Under the pieces are notes generated by a model that saw only the letters and a list, made by a program, of their open reading frames with translations, was not told where the DNA came from and did not search any database. Source: Camelus ferus (Eukaryota). From it: a stretch of DNA of 64,000 bases. The DNA is taken from positions 58,406,001 through 58,470,000 of the forward strand of contig NC_045697.1 in NCBI RefSeq assembly GCF_009834535.1, written 5' to 3'. Of the stretch, positions 1 to 13,444 are shown piece after piece. Positions within the stretch are counted from its first letter, which is position 1, and each line of letters begins with the position of its first letter. The position numbers and the translations under genes were made by a program.

Positions 1-760
1 CACAGTTAGTATATAAATACATTGGGATTAAAACTCAGGCTGCCATTTTGGGGGTTTGTCTGTTTTGTTTTTCCAAAACCTATGCCCCATTCACTTTACC
101 ACATTATCTCCTAAAGTATCCCAATTCGGAAGTTGTTGAACTTTATGGATATTCACTAGCCTACAGAATAAACCACATTTTTAATATGACATTAAATTTA
201 TGATATTTGATCAGTCCAAGGCCATTCTCTATATGTAATCTGTTTTGTCAACAAATAAACAAAAGCTTTCAGGGGACTACATTATTTTTAGGTCATTTAT
301 ATCTTGTACCCATATATCAGTTTCATTAATGTATATTTTTATTTTGTCATTTTACTTTGGAATATATGGGTTTTTTTTTTTTAAATTTTGAGGGTTTTAG
401 CTTCCACAAGCAATTAATACATTAATGAATAACACAATAACATGATACCCAAGCACACTGAATAATCTGACTACATCAGAACTGGTTTCATATAGGCTCT
501 TGGAAGCAGATGTGGTTGACAGCCTCCCCCAAAATATTCCATCTTTATCCTTGTTCTCAGAAATCTAATTTTGTTTGATATTTACCATGCCTTTTCCAGG
601 CTGGTGCTAAACTATTTTTAAAAGTAAGTAAAATAAATTTCACTAATCTAAAGTTTTCTGTCTTGCAGGAAAAACATCTTTAAAAGAAATTACAAGATAA
701 TTGGGAGGAGGAAGCTCTACAGTAATATCAATAGCTCTTTCTTTTAAAAATTAAGTCTTT

Positions 761-2580
761 AAAAAATGGGAAGATATCACATGTTCTTGGATTGGAAAAA
801 TCAATATTGTTAAAATGGTCACACTGCCCAAGGCAATCTACAGATTTAATGCAATCCCTATCAAATTACCCAGGACATATTTCACAGAACTAGAATAAAT
901 CATAATAAAATTTATATGGAACCATCAAAGACCTAGAATTGCCAAGGCATTACTGAAGAAAAAGAAAGAGGCTGGAGGAATAACTCTCCCGGACTTCAGA
1001 CAATTCTATAGAGCTACAGTAATAAAGACAGCATGGTACAGGTACAAAAACAGACATATAGACCAATGAAACAGAATAGAGAGCCCAGAAATGAACCTGC
1101 AAACTTTTGATCAACTAATCTTTGACAAAGGAGGCAAGAATATACAATGGAATAAAGACAGTCTCTTCAGCAAATGGTGTTGGGAAAACTGGACAGCAGC
1201 ATGTAAAGCAATGAAGCTAGAACACTCCCTTACACCATACACAAAAATAAACTCAAAATGGATCAAAGACTTAAACATAAGACAAGATACAATAAACCTC
1301 CTTGAAGAAAATATAGGCAAAACATTATCTGACATACATCTCAAAAATGTTCTCCTAGAACAGTCTACTCAAGCAATAGAAATAAAAGCAAGAATAAACA
1401 AACGGGACCTAATGAAACTTACAAGCTTCTGCACAGCAAAGAAAACCATAAGTAAAACAAAAAGACAACCTATGGAATGGGAGAAAATTTTTGCAAATGA
1501 ATCCGACAAAGGCTTGATCTCCAGAATATATAAGCAGCTCATATGACTTAATAAGAAACAACCAAACACCCAATCCAAAAATGGGCAGAAGACCTAAACA
1601 AGCAATTCTCCAAGGAAGACATACAAATGATCAATAGGCACATGAAAAAATGCTCAATATCACTAATTATCAGAGAAATACAAATCAAAACTACAATGAG
1701 GTATATCACCCTACACCAGTTAGAATGGCCATCATTCAAAAGTCCACAAATGACAAATGCTGGAGAGGCTGTGGAGAAAAGGGAACCCTCCTACACTGCT
1801 GTGGGGAACGCAGTTTGGTGCAGCCACTGCAGAAAACAGTATGGAGATTCCTCAAAAGACTAGGAATAGACTTACTATATGACCCAGAAATCCCGCTCCT
1901 GGGCATATATCCAGAAGGAACCCTACTTCAGAATGACACTTGCACCCCTATGTTCATAGAAGCACTATTTACAATAGTCAAGACATGGAGACAGCCTAAA
2001 TGTCCATCAATGGATGACTGGATAAAGAAGAGGTAGTATCTTTATACAATGGAATACTATTCAGCCATAAAAACCAACAACATAACGCCATTTGCAGCAA
2101 CATGGATGCTCCTAGAGAATGTCATTCTAAGCGAAGTAAGCCAGAAAGAGAAAGAAAAATGCCATATGGGATCGCTCATATGTGGAATCTAAAACAAACA
2201 AACAAAAAAAAAACAAAAAAAACCCAAAGCATAAATACAAAACAGAAACAGACTCATAGACATAGAATACAAACTTGTGGTTGCCAAGGGGGTGGGGGGT
2301 GGGAAGGGACAGAATGGGGTTTCAAAATTTGTAGATACTAACAGGCATATGTAGAATAGATAAACAAGATTATACTGTATAGCACAGGGAAATGTATACA
2401 AAATCTTGTGGTAGCTTACAGCGAAAAAAGAAGTGACAATGAATATATGTATGTTCATGTATAACTGCAGAATTGTGCTCTACACTGGAATTTGACACAA
2501 CATTGTAAAAAAACTATAACTCCATAAAAAAAAATGTTTAAAAAAAATAACACCACACACACACACACGCACACACACAC
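761..2580 (+). mobile_element. 5'-truncated, relatively young LINE-1 (ORF2 C-terminal part, 3' UTR, A/CA tail), non-coding
   Basis: Translates as ORF2 ([18 protein letters not shown]..., [11 protein letters not shown], the zinc-knuckle region [27 protein letters not shown]). Stops at 896-898, 1544-1546 and 2034-2036. G-rich 3' UTR tract and A-rich tail. Degenerate TSD at 747-764 / 2581-2598. Confidence 0.95.
2551..2580. repeat. (CA)n microsatellite in the L1 tail
   Basis: caccacacacacacacacgcacacacacac. Confidence 0.9.
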
Positions 2581-5421
2581 AAAATTAAATCATTGAAACA
2601 CTAGGTCAACCCAAAAAGAAAACCGTGTCCTGATTATTTCTTTTAAACATTCCCCTATAATTTATCTTTTCTATTTCCTCTCTGAAGCCAGATGGTTTTT
2701 CAATTTTTTTAACCCTCTATTGGAAATAGGTCAATAATTTCACTGTGAGATTAAATGTTGACCTGCCTCTCTTTAAACATGAAACAACATAATGCTGGTA
2801 TATAGCTTCTCTAAATCTTTGCTATACCTTCTCAACTATAGAACAGTTTTTTGTTTGTTTGTTTGTTTGTTTTTGTTTTGTTTTTAAAGAGGAGAATGCT
2901 CTCCTTAGACTAAGTCAAGTATTTTGATTGGTGCAAGAGTATTTGAAACTGGTTTTAAGCTGTTGTACCTTTAAGTGGTAATTTAATAAATTCAAGTGCT
3001 AGCTAACTTCCTGAGAAATTTTTGTCACTGATAGGATCTGGCTCACAGTGGATGAAATGGAAGGCGTTTTTAAACCAAACATATGTTTCCAATAACACTC
3101 TTGTGTATGCAGTGTAGTGATTTCAATGTAGATGAGGTACGCTGGTGACATCATCCTTTAAATTCTCTATAGGTAAACCAGATGGTTGAATGTGAATGCA
3201 GTAAGAATGCTGTTAAATGGTCCAGAGAGAATAGTTTAATCATCTTTAAGAATGTCTCTAATACCCCACATGTGTATTTTTAAATGAGTGTTTATATTGA
3301 AAAAAAATGATGTCCTCCCCAAGTCAGTTTCAGACAATGCTCAATTAAAGGATAAAAGTTTCAGACTTTAAAAAAAAAAAAAAAAACAGAAAATAATAGT
3401 CTTGAAAACTACAATTAAGATATAAGATTTCTGTATACTAGCTAGCAATTCTGTTACCATACTGAAAAGTCAATAGCATGAAAATGTGTACAATACTACA
3501 AATAAACAGCTATAATTTATGTCCTTTTGTCTAAAAACAAAAAGAAAACAAACTGCTAAAGAAGTTTGGAGGGAAAACAGGTAAACAGGAAAGAAGAAAA
3601 TAGGGGCAAAAAAGGAAAGGAGAGGCAGAACTTCAGCTTCTTTGTCCACTCATGAAACCTTAGAGCTCCACATAGACAAATAAATCTTGTCCCTGTGGCT
3701 TTCTAATGCATTCCATATATACAATATCATGGGGAGAGACTAGCTCCTCATGATGATGTAATGACTTTAATTGAGGTTGGAGCTGAAGGAATCAAAGTAA
3801 ATTGAGTTGATCCAGTGAAGAAATAAAAATAAATTTTAAATTAAATATTGGAGATTTTTATCAATGCAATTGTATCATAATTAATGGTTTGCCTTGGATC
3901 TTACACAGTGAGCTTCTTCCCACCCTGCAACTATTAAAGTACTAGAAAAAAAGTTGAGGAGAAGAAAATACATGAAGTTAAAAGAGGTTTAGTAGAGAAA
4001 GTGCACCCTTTGTCAATGGTAACAGGAAATTTACAGCACTTTAAATATTCGAAAGTTAAAACAAGCTTGAATTCATAGTTCCAAAGATTGGGCTAGATTT
4101 TACTCTTCTGAGGGTGTCACAAATCCCCATTTAATCTTGCATAAAATATAAAATGATGATACATTTAAGGTGGTCCAAGGCAATCTATCCTTAGATTTTG
4201 AAAACTACCCAGAATGTTAAAATGCTATTATTTACCAGTGCTTAAGATGTCTTCAATTCCATAGTAATATTAAAATTTTGTGTCACTTCACTACATTAAC
4301 TTGAAAAAAATAAAAGTTCAAATTGCTTGATCACAGGAGGAGGAATGATTTCCCTGATGATGATGCTGCTGGAAGAAAGAACTAAGCATAAGTCATCTGG
4401 CAACTTCTGTGCTTCTATTTTCTGCAGGAGGAATGTATTCTGGTCTGTTTGCTGTCTTATTCATAAGGGAAAAAAGTCTGGCATGTTCACTATGGGTTTG
4501 TGCAGTTCTCCCATTATTGGGGTGAGTTAGTCTAATACAGAGATGGATTATTAACAAGCCAACTTAGCCTTACATCTAAATTTACCTTTTCCAATTATTC
4601 ATGAGAGAAATGACTGTGACATTTTGTTCTTTGACCTCTAACTTGATCTTTCAGTTGGTTCCAAACTTGAAAAAAGAATAAACCTTAAGAAAAATTCAAT
4701 CTGTTTTTATGGGAGATATATTCTACTTGAATTTTTCATCTTATAAAATATATAAGAAATAAGGAACAATACTGAATTAGAATAATACTGCACCTAACCA
4801 TGTGTCAGACAGACACATTAAAGGATATTTGCAAAGTTCTTTAAAATCAATTTTATGAGTTCAAAAATTATCTTTATGATTATAGGAAAGTATAAATTTA
4901 CCACAACATTTCTAACCTGGAGGTTCGAACCTCTAAAATGTTGTATGAATTATCTGTGGCAAATTTAATATTGAATCAGGAAGTCAGGAAGCTAGAGTTC
5001 TATTTATGTTTTAAATGTATATAAACATCATCAAACAATGTCTTCCATGTTGACTTTTCTCTGCTTACCTGTTTCTGACATAGTATATATACAATGGTGT
5101 AAAATTACAGAATCAACTTAAATAAGGATCAAGCTGAAAACTCCAATGGAGTTTATAACCAAATACAGGCAACACATACTATTTTCAAGTTCCCATTCAA
5201 AAAGGAGAACTAATGGCAATAAATCTTGCTAACCCAAACTAGCCACATTTGGTTCAGTAAAAACAGTCTGACCAAAGAAGAAAGCTTCTTTTCCCTAGTG
5301 GTTAGATAGAGCAAAAATCTTTCCAAAAGCAACATGAAAAATCTTGCTGTCAGGAACCAAATGAAATTGAGGGTGAGCACATCAGGTAAATAATCATAAT
5401 AAGAACTAATCCTTACTGATG

Positions 5422-5905
5422 TGTTAGGCTGTGCCCTGCAGGTCTGCAAGCCTTGTAGTAGTAGCCCAGCTTAGAGACCAAAGAGCGAGCTCAGAGACAG
5501 TGACAGAGACATCAACAGCTTACTGGATAGGAGATCTTACATGCCTGCAGCAGAAAGTCCTGGAGCAACATCCCACTGGGAACAGCAGACAGCAGGCAGG
5601 GCATGGCAGCCATTTTCCCTACTCAGAGGGAAGGCGGCCGCCATTTATAGGGGGAATGGACATCAGGTTGGCTCATCGGTTACCAGGAAACCAGTAGCTG
5701 AGGCACATGCCTCACAGACCCTTAGGTTAGCCACCATCACAAGGGCAGGTGTTTCCCTTTAATAAACTAGCAGGTGGAGCCATTTTGGCTTAAGGATTAG
5801 ACTAGTCACCAGCTGGGGCAGGAGCCAAGCACGTTCATGATGTAGGTGAAGCAGGGGATGTACAAAGAGCAAGAGAACAGCTATTTTGAGTGGCCTGACC
5901 ATACA
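5422..5905 (-). mobile_element. Solo LTR, ERVL-class by TSD length, 484 bp
   Basis: TG...CA termini with a perfect 5-bp TSD TGATG (5417-5421 and 5906-5910). Minus-strand TATAAAT at 5643-5649. GC-richer than its flanks. Confidence 0.85.
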
Positions 5906-6095
5906 TGATGCTAACTCTACGCCAGGAATATAGGCACTTTCTCTTTCAAGCCTCACGACTCTATAAAGGAAATCATCTCCATTTTATAGACGAGGAACTG
6001 AAGCTAAGGGAGTTGATGTAGGTAGCCCAAGCATAGGCAATGAGTAAGAGGTCGAACACAAATTCAAATCCAAGTCAGTCCAACTCCATATCCCA
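5906..6095 (-). mobile_element. MIR SINE interrupted by the LTR (remainder at about 5395-5421)
   Basis: MIR core ccattttatagacgaggaactgaagctaagggagtt...caaattcaaatccaagtcagtccaactcc. Confidence 0.75.
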
Positions 6096-6650
6096 AACTC
6101 AAGTGACAATGTATATTACTGTAATAAAAACAAAAGAAAACCTAGTTTAAAAAAATTACATTTGTAAAAGTGCAATTAATAGTAGATCATGATCTGAATA
6201 CATAAACCAGAACATCAATGTAAATCATTTAGAAAAGTTGTTGGCATGTAATAAACATTAATAACATTCAGCTAATAGTATTTTCCTCTACTAAATATGT
6301 TTACATAAAAATTAAAGTATATGATAAACTATGAGCTGAGGATTTCCATTATCTTAAATATCTTCATCAAAGTTACCTGGATTACATGTTTCCATCTGAG
6401 CTGTCCAATCAGTTATTATTTTTTGGTAATTAATATAAATGTGTCATACTAGTAAAATTAAAAATATTTAGAAATAATTGTCAATATATATATTATGCTA
6501 TCCATCATATATAAAATTGAAGCTATTGACCCAAATTACTAGGATCTGAACCATAAACCATAATATGAAAAATTTTTCCATTAATGGAAATGAATTTGCA
6601 GTGATCTACACACTCACTTACAAGTATACCTTTATATTATAATTTTTATA

Positions 6651-6695
6651 TGTGTGTGTGTGTGTGCCTGTGTGTGTGTGTGTGTGTGTGTGTGT
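6651..6695. repeat. (TG)n microsatellite, interrupted
   Basis: Direct reading. Confidence 0.95.
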
Positions 6696-6849
6696 ATACA
6701 TTTATCAGTTGATAGGGATTCTGCCAGGATGTAAATGGTTAACTTGGGAAGCTAAAGGGTTATGTCTGGTTAGGAGTAAAATGGACCTTGAAATAAAATC
6801 AAATTTCACGCACCTAGTCCTGACATTTTAACATAGAACCATATTTTAA

Positions 6850-7002
6850 TTTTTAACCTGCACACAGATCACCTGAGGTTCTTCTTAAATGCAAATCCTA
6901 ATTCATAAGAGATAGGGTGCGGCTGAGATTCTAAATTTCCAGCAAGCCCCCTGGTAATACCAGCGTTGTTGATCCATCGACCACACTTTGAATGGCAAAG
7001 GG
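6850..7002. mobile_element. MER5-like hAT-Charlie DNA transposon fragment
   Basis: gatcacctgagg...aaatgcaaatcct...ggctgagattctaaatttccagcaagccccctggtaat...gaccacactttgaatggcaa. Confidence 0.7.
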
Positions 7003-7059
7003 AATGCAGCCTCTGGCCAAATATGAGACACTTACTAAATTGTTTTCCAGAATCTCTTT

Positions 7060-7510
7060 TGTAGGAATGTTCCCGTTTCTCTCCATCAACACTGGTAGAG
7101 TGGAAATCATCAAGATCATACTTGTTTCATACCCAGGGGTGAGTCCTGAGCTCAACCAATCAGTGCTTTGTCAAATATTGAGAATTGAGACCCAGAGAAA
7201 GTCAACTTAGTATTCCTCAATCACCTCATAACTTTACACAGATTCCAGAGCAAGTGTTAGTGGTAATTTTCTACCTAGGAGACAGGGAAAGAGAAAAACT
7301 ATCCTGCAATGGAGATAAAAATAAAGCATAGTATTCAGAGAAAAACAGACATAAGAGGCACCAAGAGAGTAACTTAGTGGGTTCTTTAGTGTGTTTCCAT
7401 TCTAATTCTATCCCAGAGGCTCAGATACATTGCTGCCCTAATAAATTACCTGTTTTCTCAAGCTGAGTGGGTTTCCATTTTCTTACAGCCTAAGCAGTGC
7501 TAACTTTATA
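7060..7510 (+). mobile_element. Old ERVL/MaLR-type LTR (LTR16/MLT1-like)
   Basis: Typical 3' end aataaattacctgttttctcaagctgagtgggtttccattttcttacagcc; internal aaccaatcag. Confidence 0.55.
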
Positions 7511-8439
7511 GTCTATATATCCACATGCACGTGAGCTTGGGAATCATAATCACAGCCATCTCCTTTATGTGAGGTGCTAAGAGTCTGTGCTGAACAGGCT
7601 CAAAGTATCTAAGTAATAATATATATGACACACATGCACATTGTTGTAGTGAATTTTTGTACCGAATACGTTATTTCAGTACATCTGTTGCTTTAGAATT
7701 TGGTTCTGAATAAATAAAGATAGCAGTCGTTAAACTTGCAGATGTGCAATGATAGAAAAATCTATTAAGTGACACATAAGAGTGAATATTATATCTCTAT
7801 AAGCTAAACAAATTGCTTTAAAAAAAAAAGTGTGCATTTCTCCTTTCAGAATCTCAGTAGTTAATCATGATGCTGAAAAATCTTACATTAAATACATATG
7901 TTGATTTCTAACAAAGGCCCCAGAATGGTATTTTCCTTTAGATAAAGGTATTTTAAACTACCCTGATGCTTATATTATTATTCACAGTATCTATTCATAT
8001 TTAACTGCTTAAACGTTTAGCCCGATTAAGCAAAATGTTTATAAATAAGCAATGCTATAAAAACACCTCCACATTTTGAGCTCTGGCCAAATCAACTTCC
8101 TGTAAACATTCAATGATGAATTCTATAACTGAATAGCTAATAAACCCATCTAACCTTAATCTGAAACTGAATTCACACATTTACAGCAATCAGATCATTT
8201 CAGTAACACAAGTGTTATAAAGCTATCAGAAACTAGGATCTGAAGGAAATATCAAACTTCCTATTTCTCATGTGTTTCAGCTAACTGCAGTGCAAACTCA
8301 AAGTATGGTTGTTAATCCTAAACACAACAAATAACATTGTTTGAATAAATCACCAATATTAAATTTCAGGAGTAAATCTATAACGTAGAACTGATTTCGT
8401 GAAGTAGTAACTCAGACTGGTCCCAAGGTGAATTTGTAG

Positions 8440-10270
8440 CCAAAAATTCACATTGTACAGTTAATACATAAAAATGTCATAAATTTACAGTAAAATTGAT
8501 GGAGATTGCTAGTGCTTCCAGGGTCTTAAAGAAGCAAATGAAAGTCTTCTTTAGAGGAGCAAATCTTCATCTCAGGACTCAAAAAATACTCATGGATAAT
8601 TTGCCCTCAAAATATAAGCAGTTCTAAGAAAAATAAATCTAAAAGTATTCAAGGAAATAAGCCATTATATGAAAGAACTAGTAAAAAAGAAAAAAAAAAT
8701 CAGACCACAGAAATAGACCATAAATTCATCAAATATTTACATTATTAGAATAAAAAGTAATTATGATGGCTAGAATTAAAGAAACAAAATAGTTTGTTTT
8801 TGTCTATCTTTAGGGAACTGGAAACAACAAAGAAAACAAGAGCCTTGAAAAAACTCAAAGAGAACTTACATACATTTAAAATATGGAAGTTGAAAATAGA
8901 GGCTCAGTGAGTGGTTATAACATTAAATTAGAGACAATAGAGGGAAAGAGTGCAACAAAAGATAGGTAGGAAGAAAGTACACAGAATGCAGTGCAGAGAG
9001 GAAAAATGTAGAAACTATGAATAAGGTAAACAGATGGTGGAATAACTGAGAAAGTCTAACACAGTTCAGTTACCGATCCAGAAAGAGAGAATGGAATTAA
9101 TTAGTAAAGACTGTGGCTGAGAATATCCTATAACTAATGTAAGATGCCAAACAAAAGATTCTAGAAGTCTGATGTGTCATATATAGAAGAAATTAGAGAA
9201 ATCCATGCAAAGAAGAAACATTTTAATGAAAGTGCAGACAGCAAATAAAAAGATATAATAAGTTAGAGAAAAAGACAGGCTGTTGTCAAAGGAATGAAAA
9301 CTAGACAGTTAATGCTTTAATAATTAAAAATGAAATCTAGAAGATGGGAGTATTCGATCAAATCTTCAAAGAACAGATCCTGCCAAATATTACAGACAAT
9401 TGAAAAAGAAAAAATCCTCCAAAACTCATTCTACTATTCATGGAAATACATGATATTAAACCCCCAAAAAATATTATAAGAAAGGAAAATTACAAAAACA
9501 TTTCACTCATTAATATAGATGCAACATCCTAAACAGAATACTAGCAAATAGAATACAAATGTAGTTTTCAAATAATATATGTTGGCCAAAATCATATCCC
9601 AGTTATGTGAGATCAGGTCAGTAATTTCAAATTCATACATTTAATTCAACACATTAACAGATTAAAGGGGGAAAAGTGATCATGTATTTAGATTTTTAAA
9701 AAGTTTAATAAAATCCAATACCCATCATAATAAATATTATTAGTAAACAAGGAATATAGAGCAGAACATCCTTAATCTTACAAAGAGGATAGACCTAAAG
9801 TAATTATCATCTTGACAGGGAAAATATTACAAGAGTTTTTTTTATAATCAAGACTAAGAAAGGATGTACAATACCAGTACTTTTATGCAACATGGCATTA
9901 GAAGTCTTGGCAAGTGCAATAAGAAAAGAGTTGACCATAGGTAAGAAGACATAAATTTAACTAGATCACAACTGAGAACACTTATTAATCAAAAGATAAG
10001 GTAAAAAATATTTGCAATGTACATAACAAAATACAAAGATGTTATTAAAAAAAGAACTCTAACAAAACAATATGAAAAACTTTTAAATGATAAAAGAAAT
10101 GGTCAAAAAGGATGGAGACTTTTCAAAGAAAAAAATGCCCATGACCAATAAAAACTTTAGTAGTGACCAGGGAAACACAAAACAAACAAACAAACAAAAA
10201 TTCCACAGTGAAATACCATTTTATATGCACTTAATGACAAAAATTAAAATAACTAACCATTCCAAGAGGA
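8440..10270 (+). mobile_element. Ancient, internally deleted L1M fragments (ORF1-like then ORF2 RT and 3' pieces)
   Basis: A-rich sense strand. 9480-9560 resembles decayed [25 protein letters not shown]-coding sequence. Confidence 0.7.
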
Positions 10271-10279
10271 AGAGATAGA

Positions 10280-11695
10280 CACAAATCCAGGTTTTGTAAG
10301 AATCCGGGGGTTGACTTAATTTGGGGTTCTCTCTCTAAGAAAAAGACATAAGCAATAACTAATAAGAAATTAGATACAAAATTTAACATTTATTCAGAAC
10401 AAGAAAGAAATCATAATGTATTATGTCTTAAAAGTGGATAAATACCACAAACACCATAAACCAAAACAAATAAACAAAACTTTTAAAAATTTCCTTTTGG
10501 ACATATCTTTTTAACAGTATTTCCCTAAATTTTTGGCTGCATATTTTTTGTATTGCTCTTCAAATAATAATTTTGGAAATTTTTTAGGAAACAGAATAGA
10601 AAGATAATTCCAATTTTTAAACATGATTGAAATTTGTTTCTAATATTGGGAGTGTATAAAAATTTCAGCCTTATGAAATTAGTAGTAGTAGTATCATTTA
10701 GATTTTTTAAAAGATTTTTGTCAATATTAAGAAAACCTCTCCAAGTTTTTTTCATAGATGAGCTATGAAATTGCAGGGCATTTAAAATTTTCTTGTGCAG
10801 GGAAATATGCTTAAGAATTGTATAGTCATTAACCAAATTATTGATAGCCTTACTATGTTATATTTTATGATATATTCATCACTGTTAGTATTTTTGGGTC
10901 ACATCAGCTGGAAAACTTTTTTTCTTTTTATATGAGCCACACATCTGAAACTCAAAGGACAAATGCCTTAAAAGGACTAAGATGTGCTCTTATATGTTGA
11001 GATGCATAAAATGAGATTGAACATGCTGATATACCTATTTGCAGCATGTCTACAGGTTTGTGCCCTACAAAACACTGAAGGTGTAACAGATTCTACTGTG
11101 TAAGATTTTTTTAAGTGTATGTTTATAAGTGTACATGTGAGTTACTGAGTGTATATCAGACAGGAGAGAGCTTCTGTTTCCAATAAATATCAAGAACTCC
11201 TTCTGCTTACAATTTTAAACCTCTGGAAGAATTTTCCATAAGTAAGTTATTGCACTCATGCTTTTCAAAACTTATTTCTCCTCCAATTCCACACATATTT
11301 TTGTAGCCAGGTCCTGTAGGACAAGTTCCTATGGTGGCTCAGCCTCAGGGTGGAAGGTTCTGTGTGGTGATGGCAGGTGAGACGGCACGATGCGCGCATG
11401 GAGAACTTCCGGAAGGCATTCCTACACCAACATGGCAAACAAGAATGAAATAGCTGGAAAGTGGCTCTGTAAACCACAGAAACATATTTCTCTCCACCTA
11501 AAGCATTTATCCCCTTAGCTGAATCTCCAAAATTTCTATGGCAGTCTACTGCCATCAACCAGGTAGAGAAGTATGACGGGAAAAACTGAATGGAAAAAAG
11601 TAGCAATCAATTACAGTCAAAATACTTTATGCTGCAAATTTAACCAAAACGTATGGCCAGTGAATACATTGCCTAAGGCCTTTCCAAGGATTTGG
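10280..11695. mobile_element. MER45R-like hAT-Tip100 DNA transposon derivative (about 1.4 kb)
   Basis: MER45-type left end ccaggttttgt...aatttggggttctctctctaagaaaaaga and right part acattgcctaaggcctttccaagg. Minus ORF 10525..10836 ends like a decayed hAT dimerisation domain (..NIRNKFQSCL). Confidence 0.65.
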
Positions 11696-11699
11696 CTAT

Positions 11700-12050
11700 T
11701 TGTAAGAGAAACATTTAGATTTGAAAAATAGAGCTGAAAATAGAAGAATTCTTAAAAAATTATAACCCACCATATTCTTATCAAAGGAAGCTGATGTAGA
11801 TGTTATCAGTAATAGGAAAAATAGACTTTAAGTCAAAAAGTACAGTTAAAGATAGTTATTAAGACAGTAGTTTCAGTTCCCCAGAAAATATAACCTTCTT
11901 AATTCTAAAGAATTTTTATATTAAGGTAAGAACAAAAACTTAAAATGTACTAGGGAAAAATAGACCAATCCACAGTGAGGCAAGTAAAACTTAAAAATGT
12001 GATAGGAAAAAAATCAAATATATGAAGACATTCATATATATATAAATGTT
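11700..12050 (+). mobile_element. Old L1 ORF2 endonuclease-region fragment
   Basis: caaaggaagctgatgtagatgttatcagtaataggaaaaatagactttaagtcaaaa resembles QKKAGVAILISDKIDFK-coding sequence. Confidence 0.55.
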
Positions 12051-13039
12051 TCATAATTTTAAAAATGTGTAAAAATAAACTTAATAATGTGTGGGATAGC
12101 ACTAGTCAGGAAACGTCTCTGAGTCAGGAGCGCACATGAAATCACTAGCTGAATGAGTGAGGGAATAGCAGTGACATACAACCTATTTTCAACAGATATT
12201 CATTTAATTAATAATGACTTGAATGATGAAATGGACTGGTTTCAGTGCTATGAAGACATTCATATGGATAGAAAAAGGAACCTGAATACTATGTTTAACT
12301 GTTTAGTTTTATTAATTAAATTTGTTTCCTATAAAATGTTTTAGTTTTCTTAATCTCATCACTCAATACAAAAATAACCTTTGACGACATACATTTGTTT
12401 GTCTCCAGTTTCATTCCTCCTCAGGATTAAAAAGAGTGGGTTAATCTAGTCGATGCTTGGTATTCATTTGGAATGGATACCAAATTTGGGCAGAGAGCTC
12501 CATTATTAACTGCTTTCTACCATCTCATCTCTTTTACCTACGGTTAGGCTAGATGCACAGTGTCATCTGAAATCATTTAAAAATTATTTCATTCTAATAA
12601 AGCTAGTCCCTTAAGTTAAATGAATGTGCCCTTCATGCTGCACGGTAACCTCCTGCCAAAAGCATTTATTCAACTGAGAGTGAGGACACGTGACATCTTC
12701 CTCCTGCAGGCACCACTCACATTCCCTGGCGTGAGCACCACAAATGCAATTCTATTAGAAGTAATGAAGTAGGAATGTCAGGACAATTATCTGCAAACGG
12801 TTTGTGTCTGTTCAGGCTTTTTCACAGCGCAGGGGAATAAGCACTGCAGCAGAATCTCCCTGCATGACATTTATACGATGTTTAACTCATAGCTGATTTT
12901 TTTTTCCAAATGGACACCCAGTGTCCTACTTGGAAGATAATTTTGGTCCCCAAATTAGCTACCTGCAATGAAGTAAAGAGTTTCTAGTTTGCAATATTTA
13001 GAGAGACAAAAAAAAAAAAAGTGCAACTTTTTGTTTACA

Positions 13040-13285
13040 ATGTAGAGGTGGGCCTGGTGGAGCTGGAGATAGACTGGCAGGTTTTCACTAGTTGTATGAC
13101 CTGGGGCAAGTTACTTAGAGTCTCTATCCCGTTTTCATCAAATATAACAAGGGGAAATAGTTATCACCTAAATTTAAGATTGTGCCAGTAACCATATATG
13201 ATTACCGAGGGAGATAAAACTTGTACAAAATTTAAGTCAGCACTCGTCATACAATAAATGGTTAATAAATGTTAGCCATTATCCA
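13040..13285 (+). mobile_element. MIR SINE
   Basis: actagttgtatgacctggggcaagttactta...aataaatgttagccattat. Confidence 0.75.
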
Positions 13286-13444
13286 TAATAGTAAAAATGA
13301 AGAAAATGCTAACAAAATTTTATTCCATGACTATCTAGATTTAATTTCAATGATAATAATTTATAAATTGGTTTCTTTTCTTCTATGACTCTCCATTCTA
13401 CAGGGAAGTCAGGGTAGCAGAATCAGTATAGAGAGGAGGAGAGC

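Noticed and set aside
1091..2458. Cluster of ORFs of 63-151 aa
   Set aside because: Broken pieces of L1 ORF2 and their antisense shadows; stops, a frameshift and 5' truncation make the element non-functional.
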